Below, in pieces: positions 17,852-24,500 of a DNA stretch of 26,415 nucleotides; within the stretch, counting starts at the first letter, position 1; each line of letters opens with the position of its first letter. The DNA is from a virus (Duplodnaviria > Caudoviricetes). The translations under genes and the position numbers were made by a program. The notes under the pieces are model-generated. The model was given only the letters and a program-made list of their open reading frames with translations. It ran no database searches and had not been told where the DNA came from. The stretch spans positions 1-26,415 of IMG/VR virus record IMGVR_UViG_3300037722_001361. The stretch is one strand, 5' to 3'.

Positions 17852-18498
17852 TGGTCGCCCTCAAACGCAAGGCCAACACAAGCAAGCTACTCCGCAAGAC
17901 GACCAGCCCGGCTCTGACCACCGATCCCAAGTGCTGCTGCGGACCATTCGTCGCCATCAACGTCTGCAACTTCAACAAGTGGTCCGACGAGATCCACGAC
18001 GCGGTGCTCAACGGCAACATGCTCACCCGGCCGACCGTGCATGCCGACGGCGCCTGCGGCGGCGGCTATTACGCCAACATCGATCCGCTGCCAGCCTACT
18101 GCGCCCTCCAAACCACCGGCGGCGTCAAGTTCCGCTGCTGCGGCACCCAGGTCGGCGGCACATGCGGCGGCACGACGTACCCATCGGGCGTCTATCCGGC
18201 GACCGGCGCCGCGAACGAAGACCCATGCGCCTCGCCCAAGTCATCGAATACGCAGAACTGCGGCACGCTTGGCGATTGCAGCGGCGACCTGATCACGCAG
18301 TCCTTCCCATCGAGCTACCTGGTCACCGGCACGAACACACTCACCGTCAATCGAACCGGCGCGACGCGCTCAGCAGGCAGCTATGGCGTCGTCGAGGTCG
18401 CCAAGCTCGAGCTCGTCTCGGGCACCTGGCGCATCAACACGTTCCTGGCCACCGGCACCTACGGCTCCGGCAACCTCACCCTGACCTGGAGCCTATAG
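17851..18498 (+). CDS. Cys-rich putative tail/receptor-binding protein (215 aa)
   Basis: TGATG coupling and AGGAG SD give start 17851 (MVALKRKANTSKLLRK...KCCCGP); Gly/Thr/Cys-rich. Confidence 0.7.
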   Translation: MVALKRKANTSKLLRKTTSPALTTDPKCCCGPFVAINVCNFNKWSDEIHDAVLNGNMLTRPTVHADGACGGGYYANIDPLPAYCALQTTGGVKFRCCGTQVGGTCGGTTYPSGVYPATGAANEDPCASPKSSNTQNCGTLGDCSGDLITQSFPSSYLVTGTNTLTVNRTGATRSAGSYGVVEVAKLELVSGTWRINTFLATGTYGSGNLTLTWSL

Positions 18499-18501
18499 AT
18501 A

Positions 18502-18894
18502 ATGTCAACATCCTGGCAGTGGTTCCCCGACACCAAGACCGCCATCTGCTGCTACTGCGGCTTTAGCGCCACCTACGCTAGCGACTTCCCCGGCCACATC
18601 GATCACGACTGCGATCCGGCTCGGCATCCACCGATCGCCACACCCCAGGGCCTGCCCGTCGGCCGCAGCCCGCGCCCGGAAAACCTCTCGCACACTCCGC
18701 TCGACCGACTCCTGGCCTGCATCCACCGCGGCCCCGAGCTGCGCCAAGAACCCTGCATAACCTGCCCCTCCGGCACCCGCATCAAGATCTTCGCCTGCGC
18801 AATCCATGGCGACTGCCAACTGGACGATAAGATCCCAGGCCTGAAGTCGTGTTGCGTATGCGCTGAGCGCACGCCCACTCCGGTTGGACAGTAA
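18502..18894 (+). CDS. Cys/His-rich hypothetical phage protein (130 aa)
   Basis: CCYC, CIHRG, CITC, CAIHGDC and CCVC motifs; starts 3 nt after the upstream stop. Confidence 0.75.
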   Translation: MSTSWQWFPDTKTAICCYCGFSATYASDFPGHIDHDCDPARHPPIATPQGLPVGRSPRPENLSHTPLDRLLACIHRGPELRQEPCITCPSGTRIKIFACAIHGDCQLDDKIPGLKSCCVCAERTPTPVGQ

Positions 18895-18908
18895 CGACGG
18901 GGCGTCAG

Positions 18909-19202
18909 CTACCAGCGCCGTCGACCTCTGCGCCGCGTTGGTCTTCGCCCATCTGGGTGCCACCCTCGTCTGCGCCGACGTGAAGGCGCTTGGCCGCCGA
19001 AACTGGAAGCCAGTACACCCAACACGATAAACGGAAGAAGCAAACATGTCCGTAGGATGGCCCCGATTCCGCGCAGGGCGATCCATATCAAGTCCCTCAC
19101 CAAAACGCCGGCGGCAACGTCGAAGATCCGGCCGCCCAACAGCATCCGGCCTAGGAAGAATAGCATCACCAAAGGCATGAGCATGGCAACGATCACTTCC
19201 AT
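18909..19202 (-). CDS. Small membrane protein with ~2 TM segments and an Arg-rich C-terminal tail
   Basis: Hydrophobic N-terminal and central segments; tail RRRRRGWHPDGRRPTRRRGRRRW; GAGGA SD. Confidence 0.7.
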   Translation of the reverse strand: MEVIVAMLMPLVMLFFLGRMLLGGRIFDVAAGVLVRDLIWIALRGIGAILRTCLLLPFIVLGVLASSFGGQAPSRRRRRGWHPDGRRPTRRRGRRRW

Positions 19203-19242
19203 TTGTCATTTCCTCAGCGTCTTTGTGTGAAGGGCAGTGAAG

Positions 19243-19279
19243 AACCGCGCCGACGACACGCGACGCCATCGGCGCGGCT
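19243..19279 (-). terminator. GC-rich hairpin, terminator- or attenuator-like
   Basis: GCCGCGCCGAUGGC...GUCGUCGGCGCGGU stem whose G-U pairs only form on the - strand, followed by UCUUCAC (weak U tract). Confidence 0.45.
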
Positions 19280-19305
19280 TAGTTGAGCCTCTCGGGCACG
19301 TCGGT

Positions 19306-19467
19306 TTAGCCGAAAATCCAGCGAAGCACCCTCGACTTCCGCGGCCTTTGCCCGTTCCGGTTCAAGCGGAAGTTTCGGCAGAAGAACGAGTAGCACCGCT
19401 TGCACAAAATCCGGCCGCCCCACACGCGGATGCGCCGAATTCTCCGACCACATGACGAACACTTCAT
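19306..19467 (-). CDS. Tiny basic zinc-finger protein (53 aa, MKCSSCGRR...LCKRC)
   Basis: GGAGGT SD upstream of ATG 19467; CxxC-x15-CxxC; very Arg-rich. Confidence 0.65.
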   Translation of the reverse strand: MKCSSCGRRIRRIRVWGGRILCKRCYSFFCRNFRLNRNGQRPRKSRVLRWIFG

Positions 19468-19559
19468 GGAACACCTCCGGTGAAGTTGAAAGGGAACCGG
19501 CGGGTGTGCGTCCTTTCCCTGCCGGTCGTGGATCAGTTGCCGGCTCCGCCGACAGACAA

Positions 19560-20258
19560 CTAGGCCGAGCGAATGTCCCGAGCTTGAAGTCCCTTCGGAA
19601 CGTCGACGACCACGAAACTCACGCGGTCGCCAACGCGGAACCTGAAGCCCGTCGGAGCATGGCTGACGTGGCACCACACCGTCTGGCCGAGAACCTCATC
19701 GTTCGCGAACGCGAACCCGCGCCCCTCGGCCACGTAGCTGATCCGCCCGAAGTGCCGGGCGAGATCGGTCACGTGTAGCCGCGCGGTGTTGTTCCCACCC
19801 GTGATCTTCTCGTGGTGCACCGACCGAATCGTGGTCCCCCTCGCCTTCGGGTGCTCCTCCTTGTTCGACCATGGCACATTCAACAGGTGCTTGAGGAGGT
19901 CCCTCTGCGAACGGTCGCACCAGGAGATCGAGAACAGGTGCTCCACGATCAGACTCGGCGGCAACAGGGGTAGCTCGATGCCACGGCCGGCATCCACGCA
20001 CCTCCCGTTGCCGTTCGCGTTGGGGGAAAACTCGATCGTATGATCGAACACCACGTGTCGGTTCGCCCCCAAGTACTCCACCGTCACGCTCTTCAGATTG
20101 TTGAACGTGCGAATGACCTGAAGGTCATGCAGCACGTTAGCGCGCTCGGCAGCAGACGAGAAGAGCCGCCGGTTCAACCGCCGGGCCACGAACTCCAGCG
20201 CGTGAACGGCCTTCTCCACCTGCTCACGAACGGCCTGTGGAACTTGGAAATCATGCAT
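19560..20258 (-). CDS. Cold-shock (OB-fold) domain protein with an N-terminal domain resembling bacterial HORMA (232 aa)
   Basis: GGAGGT SD before ATG 20258. C-terminal CSD motifs G.I....GRGFAFA, VWCHVS, GDRVSF, KGLQARDI. The N-terminal ~160 aa resemble the bacterial HORMA pattern by eye. Confidence 0.75.
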   Translation of the reverse strand: MHDFQVPQAVREQVEKAVHALEFVARRLNRRLFSSAAERANVLHDLQVIRTFNNLKSVTVEYLGANRHVVFDHTIEFSPNANGNGRCVDAGRGIELPLLPPSLIVEHLFSISWCDRSQRDLLKHLLNVPWSNKEEHPKARGTTIRSVHHEKITGGNNTARLHVTDLARHFGRISYVAEGRGFAFANDEVLGQTVWCHVSHAPTGFRFRVGDRVSFVVVDVPKGLQARDIRSA

Positions 20259-20356
20259 CAAAGCACCTCCATCATTTGTTCGCCGCTCCCGTTCCATAGG
20301 AGGCGGCGCAACAGAAACAGAATGGGCAAATCTTCCTGATGCCCCGAACAAAACCT

Positions 20357-20393
20357 GGAGGCGGGCGGCACCAGGAGGGGTGCCGCCCGCTCC
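20357..20393 (-). terminator. Strong hairpin (perfect 12-bp inverted repeat), possible attenuator
   Basis: GCGGGCGGCACC (20361-20372) / GGTGCCGCCCGC (20379-20390) with a 6-nt loop; GGTTTTGTT follows shortly after on the - strand. Confidence 0.55.
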
Positions 20394-20403
20394 TTGCGAC
20401 CGG

Positions 20404-20583
20404 CTACACGCCAGCCAACTGTTTCCGCGCCCGGCGAGCCGACTTGCGCTCGTCCCGGAGCAACCTGCGACGGCAGCGCGCGTCGCAGAAGATCCGCCCC
20501 GCCGTGTCCTCCACTGCTTGGTGCCACCACAGGCGGCCACCGCAATTTGCACAGAGTTCCCTGCATTTGTTCGAGCGTCTCAT
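20404..20583 (-). CDS. Tiny TRASH/MYM-like zinc-finger protein (59 aa), absent from the ORF track
   Basis: GAGGA SD; MRRSNKCRELCANCGGRLWWHQAVEDTAGRIFCDARCRRRLLRDERKSARRARKQLAGV, with CxxC...FCxxxC signature. Confidence 0.65.
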   Translation of the reverse strand: MRRSNKCRELCANCGGRLWWHQAVEDTAGRIFCDARCRRRLLRDERKSARRARKQLAGV

Positions 20584-20939
20584 CTGGTGTCCTCATTTCG
20601 TTGTGACCGCTATTCAGTGGGCCGCGGCCGATTACCCGTTGCCATATCCGAGTAGTCAGCAAAGTTGGCTGAATCCGGCACCGTAGCTTCCAAAAAAACT
20701 GGCGATGACGGCGCGGCGCGAACCTGTGCGGCACTGAGGCCGGAAATTGCGGCGGAAGCGTTAGATGCGGCCCCACGCGATTGCCACCGGCCGAGCACAG
20801 AAGTTTTCTTTCAGCGGCCCGACTGGATCGCTAGAATGAAGTGCTGGTGGCGGTAGAAGGACTTCCGGCACACGCTGAGGGCTTAAACGTGCTGCCCAAA
20901 TCCGGCCAATAGGCTTTGCATTGCGCTCGGAGGTTCCCA

Positions 20940-21527
20940 ATGGGTCAAGCGGGTGACGAGGCGGGGGCGCGTTCCACACGGGCTCGCGAGTCAGATTTAC
21001 GGGCGGAGTACGCCAAGCAAGTCAACGAGCGATACCTCGTGCGGCTGAAAAACTTCGTTCGGGCGACGCTCAATTCGCGTATCCGCAGGCGGGAAGGAAC
21101 GAGTGATGTCGTTCAGGATGCCCTCAAGAGCTTTTTTGAGAGCAGCGCAGAGATCGATGATCCCGATGGACTTTGGCCGCGCCTCCGGCTTTTTGCAGAG
21201 CGAAAAGTTAAGAACGCTGCAAACAAACATAGGGCAGCAATGCGCGACGTCGGCCGCGAGGCCACAGTGTCAGCAACGGCACATTACGATTCAATGGATC
21301 CGCTGATGAACGCCATCGACCCCGCAAGCCAAGGGGCACCATTGGAGGCGCTGATCATCGCTGAAGAATTGACCCGTTTGACGGCCGACGAAATGGAGAT
21401 CGTGTCCATGCGTCGCGAGGGAGCTAACTTCAACGCGATCGGTGCAAAGCTGGGGTGTGACGAGAGCACCGTCAGAAGAAAGTGGAACCGCCTCCTGGCC
21501 CGTTGGGACGCCGAGACCGAGGACTGA
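20940..21527 (+). CDS. ECF sigma factor, Ser/Thr-kinase-associated type
   Basis: GGAGGT SD; region 2 IRRREGTSDVVQDALKSFF and RRAAMRDVGRE-like motif (HRAAMRDVGRE); region 4 HTH EGANFNAIGAKLGCDESTVRRKW; directly upstream of a kinase. Confidence 0.88.
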   Translation: MGQAGDEAGARSTRARESDLRAEYAKQVNERYLVRLKNFVRATLNSRIRRREGTSDVVQDALKSFFESSAEIDDPDGLWPRLRLFAERKVKNAANKHRAAMRDVGREATVSATAHYDSMDPLMNAIDPASQGAPLEALIIAEELTRLTADEMEIVSMRREGANFNAIGAKLGCDESTVRRKWNRLLARWDAETED

Positions 21528-21547
21528 CTTCACTGCAGGGTGCTCAA

Positions 21548-24500
21548 ATGAGCACGTCCGATGTGCGCCTGCGACAACAGGATCTGACGCCCACTGGTTC
21601 TCCGATCAGTGAGGCTGACTCGGATCATCGCGCCCATCGTATTGACTGCTTTGAAATCATCAAAGAGCTTGGTCGGGGTTCGTTCGGAGTCGTGTATTTG
21701 GCTCTTGAAGTCCAGCCCAACCGCCAGGTTGCCATCAAGGTACCGATTCTTCCCAGGGATCCGATCGCCCGGCGGGAACTCGCTGACAGGTTCCTGGACG
21801 AGGCGGGGAAAGCAGCAGCCTTTACCCATCACGGCATTGTCGAAATCTATAGGGTCGGGGTGACGTCGGGGTCGCCTCATTGGCCCGACGGGACGCCATT
21901 CGCTGTTATGCCGTATCTCGAAGGGGGGACTCTGCAAACGCTTCTGGACGAGTACAAAGACCGGGGAGAGACGCTTCCGTATCGTGAGACGGCGCGCATC
22001 TTGATGCAGGTCGCGGACGCCCTCCACACTGCTCACACGACGGGCCGCCTCATTCACCGGGATCTTAAGCCATCAAACATACTCCTCGACTCAGAACGAA
22101 CGCCGCGGGTGGCCGACCTTGGCCTAGCCATTCACAAGTCGCAACTGGCCACGGGTGCGAGCATCCTCGCCGCGGGCACACTTGCGTATATGGCCCCCGA
22201 GCAGCTCGCGGGGAGCACGGCGTTGGATCGCGCCGACATCTACAGTTTCGGCGTCATTCTTTATCGGATGTTGACCGGCGAGCTTCCGTTCGAGGAAACT
22301 CCTCAGCACTTGCTGATGGTCAAAATCATGCAAGATAATCCAGAGCCAGTCCGGCAACGAGCTCCATTCGTGCCGCGCTTGCTCGCGGACATTTGCGAAC
22401 AGTGCCTGCGGAAGGACCCCGCAGATCGTCCATCAACTGCAAGAGACCTCTTCAGTTCGCTCCAGAAATGGCTAGCTGACGACGCAATTCGCCCCGAGCC
22501 GTCGGGCTTGTTTGTGCCGAATTGGACGCTGGCACAAACGCCACCGAAGCAATTGCTGTGGCGTGGGAATTTTATCGGCCGCCGGGCGCAGCTCGCCGAT
22601 CTACAAGCGCGACTCGGGCCGAACCACATCGTGCCAATTGTGGGCCCCGTGAACTCAGGGAAGTCTGCGTTGATCGCGAAGTTCTTTTCGGAACCTGAAC
22701 GGCCAACCGAAGTGGCCGCGAGATTCATCGTCTCGTCTTCCTATCCGATTGGCCTAGGCTACATAGACCTCGCAGCACATAGCCCTCGCTCGTCGCCGGT
22801 TCTGCGTGGACTGTGCGTCATGCTCGGTGCCAAACTCGGAAGTATGCAGCTACTTGACGATCCCGAACGCGTAGACGAGCGTTGCCAGGCGTATTTGTTC
22901 GATGAGTTGATACCAGAGAGATTTGCCAGCTTAGTTCCACTTCTGGTATTCGACAATGCAGATGCTGTGCTGGCGCATCCCGCACATCGCGGCGATTTGG
23001 ATCGCGTATTGAAACTTTCTCACTTTGAGGCTGGCGGTGCCATCGTCGCGATCGCGAGCGGTTCAGTGCCCGACGGGGCGGGCAAGCGTCGGATCCAGGC
23101 TCCCATCGTCCTTGATGCTTACCTCACGTCCGACGAATGGATTGAGGCGAAGGCATTGTTCGTGGATGCTGGGGCAGATGAGCAAGTTGTTTCTGAGGGG
23201 ATTGCTATGTTGGGAGGCGAGCTCGCGCTGTTCACTCCCGGCGACGTTATTGAGGCAATACGAACGACCCAGCGGAAGTCTGAAAGCCAACAGTTTGGCG
23301 CGAGCGATGTGATTAGCGCTTTATGGGCTGCTTCCTCTATTTCGAAACAAGTTTCGGACCATCTTGAACGCATCGGGCTACCCCAGGGCGCGGTCGAACT
23401 TGCTGAGCTCAGTCAACGGGGCTGGCTTCTGGTTCTTGCGATCCTTGCCAGGGAAACACAACTGCGCCAGTCGATTAATGATGTCTTGCAACCTGAACTC
23501 GCATCCCTTCTGATCTCGAATGAGGTTCTAGTTGCGAACTCGGATGGAACCCTTTTGCTCTCGCAGACCATTGCAAATGTACTCCGTCTGGAACTCATTG
23601 GTCGGCTGGCTGGCCAGCAAGGAACAGTACTCGAAAGGTTGCTCGCCGATGGTGTGGATCGCCTACTTCTGATCGCAAGTCGCGGCGCGAACTCCGAGTC
23701 AGGGCCCATGGTGGGCGTCGAAGAGGCCGTGGCATGGCTGGAACGAGCGGCCCCGGGCGCCGTCGTTCTACGCGATCGATTGATCGGCTTTCTCGCTATC
23801 GAGGCCGTCGATGACGTTATCTACCCAGTCGCTCGGGATGACGCGGTGGGATTCGCGCAACGCTCCGTTCCGATCTCTTCGGGCGATGTCCTTCAGCCGT
23901 TGTTGGGTCAGCTCGCGGTGGCCACTCGCTTTGAACAGGACACAACTGCTATGTTCGCCCTTCTATCGTCGGCGATTCGCGTGGCGGACAACGCCGACTC
24001 ACTGTCGAGCACCGAGGTGCGACTCTTAGACATTGCAGGCTACGTAACCGCAAGACGATACAGAAGGTTTAGCGAAATAGTCGGCGTTCGGGAAATGCTC
24101 GTACCGCGACTCCGCGAGTTGCTTATTGACGAAACGTGCGACGACGTAGGCCTAGTGAAATGGAGTGCAAGCTGGTTTCTCAACTGCGCATGGTTGTGTG
24201 TCGCAATCGGCCAATTCCCTCAAGGACGCGATTATCTGCACTTTGCCAAACAAGCTATCCACCAGCTTCCATCCGCGTCGTCTTTACACAGCATGCTCGA
24301 TTCGATGTGGCTCAGGGCACGATGTGCCACGATCGAGGCACGTCTGGCGGCAGGCTCGGCCGATAGAAGGGCAGCGCTTCGAGCCGCTGCTGATGCCACG
24401 GCTGACGGCCTGACGACCTCGAACGGCCACCCAACCTGGGTTCGCAGGCATCTTTCTTCGGTCAGGCGCTTGCTCGATGAAGTCGGCGAGCGGCACAATC

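Larger units (their letters stand above)
1..18894. mobile_element. Prophage morphogenesis region, lambda-like siphovirus (continues left of the window; right boundary approximate)
   Basis: Co-oriented, tightly packed terminase-adaptor-portal-S49 protease-decoration-capsid-connector-tail tube-chaperone-tape measure-tail tip order. No integrase, att site or lysis genes recognised in the window. Confidence 0.93.

Noticed and set aside
17851-18498. Possible diversity-generating retroelement target (AAC-rich tail gene)
   Set aside because: No reverse transcriptase and no template/variable repeat pair differing at adenines in the window.
18895-18908. attR site at the end of the phage genes
   Set aside because: No tRNA fragment or direct repeat partner is visible, so whether the right-hand locus is prophage cargo or host DNA cannot be decided.
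19203-19560. Additional self-cleaving ribozymes in the leftward cluster spacers
   Set aside because: Hairpins are present, but I found no CUGANGA/GAAA core or recognisable twister or pistol consensus.
20259-20552. 98-aa N-terminal extension of the CSD protein in the track
   Set aside because: Overlaps the small Zn-finger ORF and hairpins; the strong SD supports ATG 20258.
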